Of a stretch of DNA of 64,000 nucleotides, positions 14,901 to 26,423 are shown in pieces. Numbering within the stretch: position 1 is the stretch's first letter; each line of letters opens with the position of its first letter. A program made the position numbers and the translations under genes. The notes under the pieces were generated by a model. It saw only the letters and a program-made list of their open reading frames with translations. It was not told the origin of the DNA and ran no database searches. This DNA is from Catajapyx aquilonaris. Lineage: Eukaryota. Location: NCBI GenBank assembly GCA_000934665.2, contig KZ538015.1, forward strand, positions 62,001 to 126,000. Reading direction: 5' to 3'.

Positions 14901-17900
14901 ATTTTTTTTGCCTTTGCGAAAAGTTTGCGAAAACTGTGTGCCGCACTTGGATTTATTACTCCCTGTTGTTTGCTAGCTGCCTTTTTTTTTGTTAAACGGC
15001 TTGAAACTTTTGGGAGCTCACTTTGCGAGATAGTGTCACTTTTTGCGAAATTAAGAGCATGAACTTGTATCGATTGGAAATTCTATGCAGATTTTTTTTT
15101 GCGATTTGGAAGGAAGATGTCTGGCCTTGAGTACTCCCCAAGCACTTATGGCCCCTTTCCAAATATATAAAAAAAGAAAAAGAAAATTTAGGCCCCTGAC
15201 CGAGTTTTGGGGAAAAGACCGAAACTCCCATCAGTTTTGTCTGGCAGATTCCAAGGATGTCTGCTGGAGAAACGTACGATTTTATCACAGGGTGTTCAGC
15301 AACTTGGACACAAATTGGGGACCAAAATTTTGGGGGGGTTTTATGCAACATGTTGCCCAGACACTTCCCTATATATAATACCAAAGTCTCTGGATTTTCG
15401 ATGGAGTCGTCTGCTTTTGTGGTTTCAGCGACTCCGGAGTCCAGACCCCTCCTGTAACCGCAGTGTCCATCTATCCAGGAAATATCGGGTTCTCCAGACC
15501 CTTCCAGTATTGGGTTGAAGCATCCCTGGAATCTGGCCGCGGATTTTCGGTGCGGTTGTCTCCCCCGTCGACCGAGGAAAAAAAATTCATCGAAAACGGA
15601 AACGTGAAACCTAAACCGCACAAAAAGTCCTGCACTTTGTAAAGTACTTGTTCGAAACTCCCCCCCAAAAAATGTGCGTGTCTGGTAATATAATACGGAG
15701 GAGAATTCCAGGACACTTTACCGTTTTGTTTTTTTCATGGGAACCATTGCACAGAAATTCCCACGTACACTTTTTTTTTTTTCAAAAGTTGTTTGCGTGC
15801 GTATGTTTTAACCCGTTTTGAAGCTGTGTGGTCTTTTCATGCACCGAGGGTTGATCAACCACGGTATATTACAATGGATTTGGTACACGAACAGCTCAAC
15901 CATACCTATAAACATGAATTCCACCACTTTTCAGCAGCCAAATCCCGCGACTCTCGACCCTCGACCCGCGACCCTCGACCCTCGACCCGCGACCCTCGAC
16001 GAATAAACACGGGTTTGAAAAAAACTCAGGTTAAAATTTGACGGGGAAAAAGGGGGCGTGGCCTAAAGGGCGCATTCCGACTCCTGCCTAACCGCAGTGA
16101 CGTCAGAGGGCAATACCGTATTTTAGATCGCTCATATCTCGAAAACTAATACGTATTTCTTGAAACAAAAAGACACCAAAATTCATTAAAAAATCAGGAC
16201 GATTTCTTGTACATGGGTTTGTAGGCGGTACGTGCGGCCAAAAAAATGTCCTCGCCGAAAATGTCAACAAACTTATTAAATTACCGGACCGGGTTGGATT
16301 ACCCGGGCCCACACACGAACTGAAACTGCATTTCAATTAAAGATGAGCTAAACAATTTCATAGTGAATTGGCACTGTGAACCTTTATTAAACTGGACTTT
16401 TTGTAGTTGACACCTCTTTTTGCTCCGACGGAGGGATTTCAGTAGCGAAGAGTTCTGTAACTAGCCATGGTTCGACAATCACAAGCAAAAGTGTGATTCG
16501 GTCCTCTCAGACTCCAGGGATTGTCACAAAGGCTGTTACGGTCAACCTGTTGAAGCGTGATCAATACAGAGATTCCCCCCTGGAAAACTAGCTCAGGGAC
16601 TTTCCTTTTTTTTCCCCTCTTCCTAACTATATGTTGAAGGGATGGGCAAAAACTTTTAGAGGAAAAAGTTTAATTGGGCAAGCTACATTATATGGTTTGA
16701 ATGTGCTCACTTTATGTGACACACTGTACTGGAGGAGTCCAAAAAAGTTGTCGACTGTTTTGCAGCATCCTTCAGTAATGGTCTGTTTGTAACCGGACAC
16801 TGTCGCTGCTGCAGCATTGCAAAAACCGACCCTTAAATATTTTTTTTTGAGGGGGACCGATGGACTTGGGAACTAGGATAATGTCGTCTTCCCAAGTTTC
16901 CTTTTGCCAAGTTTCGGATAACCAGACCTCAAGGATGGAATTTTTGCAAACAAAAAAAAAACATAAATTGAGGTCATTCTTGAAAATTGTAGCGCCGCAG
17001 TTTCCATTGCAATGTTGTTATTACGGCTCATTCTGTACGTTCCGTTCCAGGTTACTCAGGGACGCATCATATTATGGCTGATCAAGAAGTCAACCGAATA
17101 CTCAGGGTAATGCGCTTTCATATGCGGAATGTGAATGTGTACTCACGTGATTGCAAATTTTGCAGTACAAACGAAGCACCGAAACTATTAGAGGACCTTA
17201 CAATGCAAATCGGAAGAGCCGATACGTGGAGCTGGTGTTGGTCGTAGACAACAAGGAGTACAAGGAGCTGGGAGAAGACTTGCCCAAGACGTTCAACCGC
17301 TGCAAGGAGATTGCAAATATAGTCAATGCCGTAAGTAAAGTCACATCATCACATCACGACGTTGCCAGCGGATAACAATTACGAGGCTCATAACATGTTC
17401 TGTGATTTCCCGTTACAGTTGTATGTGCCGCTGAATATATTCATTGCATTAGTTGGAGTGGTTGTTTGGAACGAGCAAGACGAGATCCCGCTTTCAAACG
17501 AAGGTGACGTGACGCTCACAAAGTTTCTGCAGTACCGCCGGGAAAGGCTGGTCAAGCAGCATCCGAACGACAATGCTCAGCTGCTCACGTAAGTGTGTAC
17601 GTACACCTGACGCTTATCAGTCTAACGGATTATTCTTCCAGCGGAGTCCAGTTTGCTGGCGGTGTTGTCGGAAAGGCACTGAAGGGACCTATTTGCACGT
17701 ACGAGTTCTCAGGCGGTGTGAACATGGACCACAGTGCGCTTGTTGCCCTGGTGGCCACCACTGTTGCTCATGAGCTGGGCCACAATTTTGGGATGGAGCA
17801 CGACAGTGACGACTGCCAGTGTCCCTCCGAGAGGTGCATCATGGCTCCGTCCTCCTCCAGTCTGAGTCCCACCCACTGGAGCTCATGCAGTCTGGAGTAT

Positions 17901-20900
17901 CTCGCACTTGCGTTTGAGCACGGGATGGACTACTGCCTTAGAAACAGGCCACGAGCGCTGTTTGACGGGCCAGTCTGCGGGAACGGGTTCGTGGAGCCAG
18001 GGGAGGAGTGCGATTGCGGTCTGGCCGACCACTGCGAGAACCCTTGCTGCAATGCGACGTCCTGCACGCTCTATCCTAACGCAACCTGTGCTACTGGCGA
18101 GTGCTGCGACCTTAGGTTAGTCTGTTACTCTTATCCTCATTCATCAGCGTCTCATTTGTACAAATTTTTGTTCAGGTCCTGTCGTCCCAAGACACCTGGC
18201 ACTCCCTGCAGATCAGCAGAGCATGAGTGCGACCTTCCGGAGTACTGCACTGGAGAGTCGGAATACTGCCCACCTGACGTGTACAAAATAGATGGCGAGG
18301 TTTGTAGTAAAGGCCGTGCGTACTGCTACGAGGGATCTTGCCGCACCCACACGGACCAGTGCCGTCTCCTGTGGGGTCCGTCTGGAAAGAACTCGGACGG
18401 CCAGTGCTACTCGCAGAACAATAAGGGCACCCGCAATGGGAACTGCGGTTACCTCCGTCTGAACCAATCGTACCTAAAGTGTCAGGACGACAACGTGCTG
18501 TGCGGAATGCTGCATTGTTCTCATCTGAACGAACGGCTTGAGTTCGGCATGGAATCTGTCTCCATCTTGTCGCACACGTTCATCAACACCGGTGGGCGGA
18601 TCATACCATGCAGATCCGCAATCGTGGACCTCGGACTCAATGAGGTGGATCCCGGTTTGGCGCCAGACGGAGCCAGATGCGGCGAAGGGAAAATGTGCGT
18701 CAACCAGAAGTGTATGCCCGTGCAGTCGCTGCAAAAGGGCGGCTGTCCGTTCAACTGCAACGGGAAAGGAGTGTGCAACAGTCGAGGACACTGCCACTGC
18801 AGCACCGGGTTTGCGCCTCCGTACTGCGACTACCCAGGACCAGGCGGGAGTGACGACTCAGGGCCAGCCAGTGATCCCAATGGTATTCGCACGTTTGTTA
18901 ATCGTCCGACGTTTGTACTAATGCCAATTCGTTACAGGTTCGAGCGACTTTGTGACGGCCCTTTACGTGATATTCCTCGGCATTATCCCGCTGGTGGCCA
19001 TCATGGCCTTTCTTGGCTACTACACCCAGAAGAACGTGAAGCAGTGGTGCACGCCCGGCCCGTTGCAAGCGTCCCAGTACGTACAGTGTCCCTGTTGTGT
19101 GCATTTTGGTGCATCGGTGAAGAGAGAGCGGCTCCCTTCGATGAAACCTCGCATGAAAGGACCTCCTCCTCCGCCCCCTCCTTCAGCCAAACCATGCACG
19201 AGGCCGGACATCACCTGTCCGACCCTAGTGTACACCACTCACAATTCCGTACAAACACTAGAAACGAGGACAAATCAGTGCACGATTATTGTCCCATCAC
19301 GGAAAGCCCCACCTGTACCAACCCATCTTGCACCTTCTCGCAATACTCACGCTTTGTCGTAACTTTCCATGCATGACGAACTAGCGTAGCTTAAAACTGC
19401 ATGCTACTTTCTTCTAACGTTGCATGTACATTCGGATATTATTGCGGCCGATCCGAGAAAAATTAATCAGATTTTCAGCCACCTGCATGTCGTCATTTTG
19501 GCCACTTTACTGCCAATGTGCATAGTAACACTTGTTGAAAAAGTGCACAGTTTGCGCAGTTAAAAATTATTTGAGTTCGCTTTATTATGTGTGTACTATG
19601 CTGTCGACTCTGCTTCATGCTTTGCTTTTTGTCTGTCCCTTTTCTCTGTAAAGGACCAAGAGTCAGAAGTACGCTCCGAGGTGCCGTCCGCCTTCCTTCA
19701 AGTCGGAGGCCAATGGTCTGCGGAAAGTGGACATATCAAACCCAATCCGTGGGGCTGACGTTGGTGCGGCCAATTCCGATGGTGCGACCGTCACGCTGCT
19801 GCCGAAGCCGCAGGAAAATGGGTTCGTGGCACCAGCTCCTCCACAACCAGCAGCTGCCAATGCTCGGGTTGGTGCCATTCCGGACAACATGTTTGGACAG
19901 TTCAAAGGGTTCAGCCTGACTCCGTTACAACCGGACGAGCCGCCCAGTTACGAGTCTGTGATGGGGAAGACGAAGCAGCGGCCTTTGTCCTCGCCTGAGG
20001 TCAACCGCCTGGCCGACGAATCTGACGGGAGTCAGACTGCGCTTCAAAGGATAACCTCGTTTTTGAGGCCATCCAAAGGAACGCTTCAGCGGAAGAAGAT
20101 CGACAGGGATAGCCTTAGGAGTTTGCACATATCAGGTCCGATTTTGCAGCCTGGTGCTGTACCGGTCAGACCGGCGCCACCGCCACCGGACGCCGCGCCA
20201 GACAGTGGCGCAGCGACAGTGTCCCGCACGCAAAGCTTGAGGTCAGAGGCGACTCCGCGCGTCAACATCCACAGCTTCGGGTCAATGAGAGGTCGCCGGC
20301 CTGTCAGTATTCCGACAGCCAGACCCACATCACCGCCGCCTCGTCCGCCGCCACCGAAGCCTCCCAAGTCGGATTCAACGCCATCGCCGCAAGACTCAAT
20401 ATATTATTACGACGATTGCGTTAATCTGATAACCGGAAATGCGCCACTGGCCCACATCGACGAGGAGTCATCACCAATGTCGGGCGATAACATCTACGCC
20501 GTTATTGAGGAGCCGGTGTCGCCGGTTGTGTCGCCACCGCCGCCATCCCCTCCTGAGCCGCCACCGATGGCAGGGTACGTGTCCCCAACCGCCGGGGTTG
20601 TGAACGAATCCAAAAGCGGCGGAAGCAGCGAATCACTCGGTTTGCTATCGGAAATAGTGTCTGAAATACAATCCAGGAACTTGGACTCGATTTACTCCAC
20701 ATTCGGGCGAAGGAAGAAGAAAGGACGTCCCGCAGAGGACGACCCGGACGAAACGGACAGTACTGAGGGAAAGAGGCCCGATTCGGTGTCGTCGACGTCC
20801 TCGTACGTTAGGCCGACACCCGCATTGTACAGTAACATGGGTCAGTCTGGCACCGGGCCGTACCTCAGCTTTAAATTGAAGCCTGTGACAACCGCTGCCC

Positions 20901-21640
20901 CAGCGACAACCGCTGCTCCGACGACAAGTCCTGAAGCTGCTCCGGTGAAGAGTTTGAGGCCTACCGTTGCGACCGCAGCTGCAGTCAAACCAAGCACGGT
21001 TGCGTCTCGTGCACCGGCTGCTGGGCCAGTCAAACCCGCAGCCTCGTCTGGTGTTCCAAGCAAGTTTGCACCCAGTAACTTAGTCAAACCCAGTGCGGTT
21101 AGTGCCAGTGCTGCAGTCAAACCAAGCGGTGCTGCTGCGAAGCCCAGTGCAGTTTCCGCCACGTCCACGTCGTCCAGTGCAAAGCATAGTGTGGTCACAT
21201 CGCCCACGGCCGCACCGTCCGGCTCCAAGCCGGACTTCAGCACCTTCAAAGGTCCGCTGAAGACGTACAGCTTGGATTCATCGGTGCCTAAAGCAGCTGT
21301 AGCGCCAACCAGGAAATCCCCAGCGACGTCCCCGGTGAACAAAACGGATGACGAGAAAGTGCTGACGACGTTCCGACCAGCACCGCCGGTTCCTGGTCCT
21401 TCGAAGCCTCTTCCGGCCGTACCCACCAGTCGGGTCGCACCGTCCGTTAGAGGCGCCGGTACCAGGACAGGTCGGGGTGCCACCAGCCCAACAGCGACCG
21501 CCGGTGTTGCCAAACCAGGCAGTGCAGGGAGGGGTCGGACAGTTGCAAGCCTGCAGCAGAAGTTCGAGAGTGCGTCGGACGGGAAAAGGACCAATTTCAA
21601 GCCCCGAGGTGGGGCCGCTCCAGCAGCATCCAAAAAGTGA
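5981..21640 (+). CDS. ADAM family metalloprotease-disintegrin (meltrin / ADAM12-like), long cytoplasmic-tail isoform; signal-peptide exon not identified
   Basis: Phase-consistent GT-AG exons: 5981-6078, 7825-7901, 7974-8049, 9889-9971, 12555-12667, 17051-17106, 17166-17330, 17419-17588, 17642-18115, 18176-18882, 18938-19076, 19654-21640. They encode a prodomain (LDLKLNRDLI, CHYQGQLRG, cysteine-switch TCG), a furin-like RYKR site, the zinc motif HELGHNFGMEHD with Met-turn CIM, a disintegrin domain (CGNGFVEPGEECDCG), Cys-rich and EGF domains, a TM helix (ALYVIFLGIIPLVAIMAFLGYY) and a Pro-rich tail. Confidence 0.93.
13869..13997 (+). repeat. Dispersed repeat copy 1 (second copy at ~51460-51589); probable non-autonomous transposon fragment
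   Basis: Both sites share GATTTTCCACGTAGTA-TAT, TCACGCATAGATG-CGCA and GTGGTACTATCAG-TCGGACAAACA in the same order. Confidence 0.75.
15944..16001. repeat. Short tandem repeat of CGACCCT/CGACCCG 7-mers
   Basis: About 8 consecutive units are visible in ADAM intron sequence. Confidence 0.8.
18938..19362 (+). CDS. Alternative terminal coding segment of the ADAM gene (short-tail isoform, read-through of the donor at 19077)
   Basis: The TM exon frame stays open past the GTACGT donor to TAA at 19360-19362. It encodes a structured-looking tail (QCPCC, poly-Pro, PDITCPTL, PSRKAPPVP). Confidence 0.6.
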
Positions 21641-22495
21641 ATTTAAAAAAGAAAACCTTTTTTCCGTTATTCGTCACCCACACTGTGATACAACAAAATA
21701 GGGAGTCCCTCGTACTGAAAAAATATGAAACGATTAACACGCTCCCTCCCCCAATTTTTAGTTTAAAAAAAATGGGAGTCGCTCGGTTTCAAAATTCCGC
21801 TTAAAATTCATCGCAACGGTCGCAAGTTTTGCAATCGAGCGACTCGGTTTTTAAAAATAATGCCCAACCGTTGTTTACTGCGGGTAAATTGGTTGTAAAA
21901 TCCTTCCCCCCCGATTAATATTTTACTTTTCAGCACCAAAGACTGTCCAGTCACATGTCGTGTGTGTGAATGTAGCGTGTGGGTTATGGATGTTTTTTTT
22001 AAAAAATTAATTTGGAAAGGTCGTTTTTTAAAATAATTAAGTTTGGGATTTTTTTTTTTTGTATAGATTACAAGATGTTTGTTAAAAAAAATTTTAATCG
22101 CACAATTTGCTTTCAATGCCCTGTTATTTCCGAGTGTGCCTAAGCTTCGATTGAGCGGCACTTAATGTGTTTATATTCAGTATTTTTTCCCCCCTGTGAT
22201 TTTTTTTTTTAAAGAAACAATTACCCTCAGTTGACTGCATTACTGATGGTTGTATTTATAAGTAAAAAAAAATGAAATGCTCATGTGTATAAGCTTTATG
22301 TACAAAAAAATAATGGAGAAATGAAGATTGCACAAAGTGTTATTGTGTAAAACCTCCTGTCGTTTGATTTCCCGCAATATGTCCGACTTGCGGCAAGTCA
22401 ACAACCGGTTTCCGCAGCGACTGGTGACAGTTTCAGTGTCAACAATCAGTCCGGATGTACACCACATAGAGCAGCTTCAGTAGGCGTTGTAGAGA

Positions 22496-23592
22496 ATGAA
22501 ACCAGGAGCGGACTACACGTCTGACGTCAGACGTTTGGCGCAACCTATTCCCCGCAAGACTGTTCTCGTAAAAAGGGGGTCACTCCCATGCGGTACTTCA
22601 GGAGACCAGGTAAATTCACTAGCGAAATGTTGACGTACTTTCTGGTGCTGACGGTGTAATTACAGAAGCCGTACTACCCCATCTCCAATGCCGCATTGAA
22701 AGCGGAGCCGACTGCACGTATCCTGTACCTTGCCAAGCCGAAGAACAGGCTTGACCCTGACGCTCAGCATAACAAGCCTCCTGCTAAACGCCCGCAGCCG
22801 TTTCCTCACGCTCCGTACAAGCTTCGACCCAACAAGTACAAGCCAATACCCAAGCCAAAGCCAATCGCCGGACCCTTCCTGCCAGAGCCGTTTATCGCAA
22901 AGCCGACACAACCACTCGACCCGGACATATTCCCACGGACAGCATTAATGGCTATACCGAGGGGGTACCACAAAGATTTCCTGCCGGACCACGAGGTACG
23001 CTCTCATTCAATTAGAGCCGGCAATTTCTAATGTTTTGATCCGCAGTTTCCGTTGCCCGTAAGGATTCCGGATGCTCGTGACGTGGAATACTACACTCTT
23101 CTGTCCACCCCGAAGAGGGTCTACAAGCGGGAGGAGTCGCTGCCCAACGTACGTTTCACGCCGTTTCTTTTGCAGCGACTTTTCCTGACCTTTTCCCCAC
23201 GATAGGTACGTAGAACGGCTCTACTGTACGAGCCAACGGAGCGCATACTTGAGCTGGCCAAACCCAGGCCCATTGCCAAAGGCTGGCGGCCTCCTCGCCT
23301 GAGCATGTCCGTATCGAAGAAAGCGCTTCAATACAAAGGTAATACCTGATTGGAATTATCGGATTTGTACGATTGACGCAATAGAATTGGGCAAAATCAT
23401 GTTCTAGCGACGCAGCGCACCATCCAAATGGCTGAGCCGAAACCCTCCCGTGGTTCGTACGCCAGGCAGAATTACGACCCAAGGAAACTCCGCGTTAACC
23501 CAAACGCGCTCAGGGCAGTAGCAAGCAAACGGATCATAGAACTATCTCAGCCAACAACCAGCAGAGAATCATTACGTGCAAAGAAATCCTGA
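22496..23592 (+). CDS. THEG (testicular haploid expressed gene / SPMAP2-like) repeat protein
   Basis: Exons 22496-22609, 22666-22995, 23047-23148, 23206-23338 and 23408-23592 join in frame; the ATG is preceded by an in-frame TAG. The motif AL-x3-[TS]-x-RI-x2-L[AS]-x-P recurs (ALKAEPTARILYLAKPK, ALLYEPTERILELAKPR, ALQYKATQRTIQMAEPK, ALRAVASKRIIELSQP), as in THEG repeats. Confidence 0.8.
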
Positions 23593-23756
23593 AGCAAAGA
23601 AATGTTGTGACGATGGAAAACAATTTACTAAATATCTGTGCCAATTGAATTATACAGTGGATTTAAATTTGTCAAATAAATACTGCAACTAGTTACAGAC
23701 TGTACACGCTACGTTTCTTTGGCTGATACTGCTTGGGGTTTTGCAAATACTGTTGA

Positions 23757-26082
23757 CTAGTGCAGGTTTCCGATGATGGCGTACACGAACTCGGTGGTCG
23801 TTGCTTGTCCGCCCAAATCCTTCGTTCGGATCTGTCGGAAATAATGTGGAAGTCAGTAACGATAGGTGCGTACCCTACTGAACACGTACCTTCCCAGCCT
23901 TTAGGACCTTATCCAGTGCGGATGTGATCATCTTTCCGTAGAACTCGAGGTTGACGTGGTTGAGCATGTTGGCGGCGCACAACAGCATGGCGGTCGGATT
24001 GGCCACGTTCTTTCCCACGGCCTCGGAGAAGGTGTGCCGTGCGCCTGGTTCAAACACGACGCAGTCAGCCGAGTACGTGGCTCCTGCGACGATCCCGGCG
24101 CCTCCGACCAACCCGGTGCAGAGGTTGTCTATGATGGAGCCGTACAGGTTTGGCGTGACCATTACGTCGAACTGGTGCGGGTTGGACACCATCTGCATGG
24201 TGCAGTTGTCGATGATGATCTGGTCGAACTGGGTACGCGGGTACAGCTTGGCCACCTCGGTGCAGCATTTCAGGAACAGGCCGTCGCCCAGCTTCATGAT
24301 GTTAGCCTTGTGAACCGCAGTCACCTTCTTACGACCGTACTTCATTGCGTAATCGAACGCAAACTTGGCGATCCGGCGGGACTTCTCAGCCGTCACGATC
24401 TTCAGACACTCAACCACACCCTGCAAATGTAAACATGTTAATTGCGGCAGGGTATGATCTCGGCCAATACGTACTTCCACACTCTCGTGCTCCTGTGCAG
24501 AGTATTCGCCCTCGGTCTGCTCTCGGATGATTATGACGTCCACATTCTTGTGCCTGGCTCGCACGCCCGGAAGCGACTTGACGTGCACCACGTTTGCGAA
24601 TAGGTCCAGCGACTCCCTGAACTTGAAGTTGAGGGTCTCCAGCTCGCCGGTGTGGCTGTGGTCAGGCGTGGCCAAAATTCCTTTCAGGCAAACCCCGTTG
24701 CGAGTGATCGACTCCTTCACCTGCTCCAACGGCGCACTCATGTTGTGGTGGATCTCGCTGAAGAAGAACGGCTCAAAGTCGACAGGAACATTGGCCGCCT
24801 TGAACACCTCAATCACGGCGTCCACCAGCTCCGGACCCACCCCATCGCCAGGAATCAAAGTGCAGCGGGTACGACCTTCCGGTTTGGACACCGGCGCTTG
24901 CTGCGTAATCGAGAAAAACATGTAACAAATCCGGACTCAAACTGACAGGATTTGATGCCGACCAACACGTTTCAAGCGCTCTAAAATTAAAGCTAAAGAG
25001 ACTTTTCACCCATACGTTCCATCGAAGCGCTCGAAAGTTGCAGCATAGCAAGAATGTACATTGTAAAAAGCAAAGCACAAATATTTTATAAGAAGAGTAC
25101 GTAGCTTAATTGTAAGTTGAGCGCAAAGAGTAGATCAGCTTTTCCTTTAATTCCAAGCGTACAAAGTGTACATCATATTTTCCTTTATACAAAGCGTACA
25201 TCATATTTTGCTTTATACAAAGCGTACATCATATTTTGCTTTATACAAAGCGTAGGTCATACTTTCCTTGAATTCAGAGCGTACAAAGCGTACATCAGCT
25301 TTAATGCCGAGTACACAAAAGTGTACATCATCTTTTTAAAATACATTAATCGAACGTGTTGATCGGCAGTCGTTCAAAAAGTGAAGGAAGAGTGACTCGT
25401 ATTCTCACTGCAGCGACTATGCGATTACTACAAGCTTTTACGCCTAATTACCAGGCACTTATGCGCGCGCTTCCATGCACTCGGGGGGGNNNGGGGGGGC
25501 GTCTTACCTCGTATGTTATAAACCGGTCTGGATCCGAATCCTGCGGCAGGGTAGTAATAAAGAGCCCTGGGTGTTAATTTCAATTAGCCATTGCAATTAA
25601 ATTTAAAAAAAAGGAAAACGACCCCAAAAAGCAATTAAAAATGAAATACATGCTTCCATGCAAAGTGCATTCCTGCCGAGGTAATTACAGCCATGTAATG
25701 TGCAATCCATTATTAAATTAACGTTAGCAGCTTTAAATCGTCGCAATTGCAAGCCTTGCGAACCCCACATGAAGCGCATTTAATTGCAACCCAATTTGTT
25801 TCATAGCAAAAAACCATATTATTCAATATCTTTTTATGTAATATAGAATTCCATTTCTTTTTTTAAAAAAAACCAATTGCATTCCTGTTGGACTTACTAC
25901 TCCTTGATTGTTCGAATTTGTTGAGTGAAGATGCCTCTGGGAGCCGATCAACACGGGTCGACCCAACTGCAATGGACAGAGGTCAATAGGTCAAATATGA
26001 CCTCATTTTAAAGGCGATTTAATGTGAGCCTCACCCTGATTAAATTGAGCCCGCGAACAGCTGATCGAACGATGGCCGCCAT
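23757..26082 (-). CDS. IDH3B: Isocitrate dehydrogenase [NAD] subunit beta, mitochondrial
   Basis: Exons 26082-26035 ([16 protein letters not shown], presequence-like), 25966-25898, optional 25540-25508, 24900-24475, 24420-23890 and 23831-23757. Motifs [47 protein letters not shown] and VANPTAMLL match the beta subunit. Confidence 0.95.
25156..25332. repeat. 28-bp minisatellite (TACAAAGCGTACATCATATTTTGCTTTA) in an IDH3B intron
   Basis: Units start at 25160, 25188, 25216 and 25244, with degenerate copies following. Confidence 0.85.
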
Positions 26083-26087
26083 CTTGG
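26071..26087 (-). promoter_or_regulatory. YY1/Pleiohomeotic consensus site overlapping the IDH3B start codon
   Basis: The minus strand reads CCAAGATGGCGGCCATC, which contains the YY1 consensus AAGATGGCGGC. Confidence 0.5.
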
Positions 26088-26392
26088 AATCACGGGCCTC
26101 GAAGGACACGGGAAGGTTTCCCGGATTCCTTTTTTCTTTTTTGAAGGAGAGAGGACTTATTCAGCAATTAATTTATATAGAATCGGATTATTAATTAAGA
26201 GGCTAATTAAGAGCCGAGTTAGGCTTAATTTTTTATATAGAACTGATTGAGGTCAATGCATCCGGCAGTGTTGCCAATCGGCACAGTGCAAATTATTCGT
26301 GCAATTGTTTTCATAATATAAGTGCATTCAATCGCAATATTTTCTGTACCGATAACATTAGGCTTGTAATGTTGAATTAATTATGTTCAAAT

Positions 26393-26419
26393 TGTGTGTG
26401 TGTGTGTGTGTGTGTGTGT
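26393..26419. repeat. (TG)n microsatellite
   Basis: About 13 TG units. Confidence 0.9.
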
Positions 26420-26423
26420 ACCA

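Noticed and set aside
14992..15621. 209-aa minus-strand ORF in an ADAM intron
   Set aside because: It has no recognisable domain and lies in repeat-like DNA with homopolymer runs; probably a chance ORF.
20842..21633. 263-aa antisense ORF
   Set aside because: It is a shadow of the GC-rich, low-complexity ADAM tail exon.
23951..24945. Plus-strand ORFs overlapping IDH3B
   Set aside because: They are antisense shadows of a codon-biased conserved gene.
25409..25427. 19-nt AG...GT-flanked segment starting with TAA on the IDH3B strand (possible poison exon)
   Set aside because: The acceptor lacks a pyrimidine tract; too weak to claim without RNA data.
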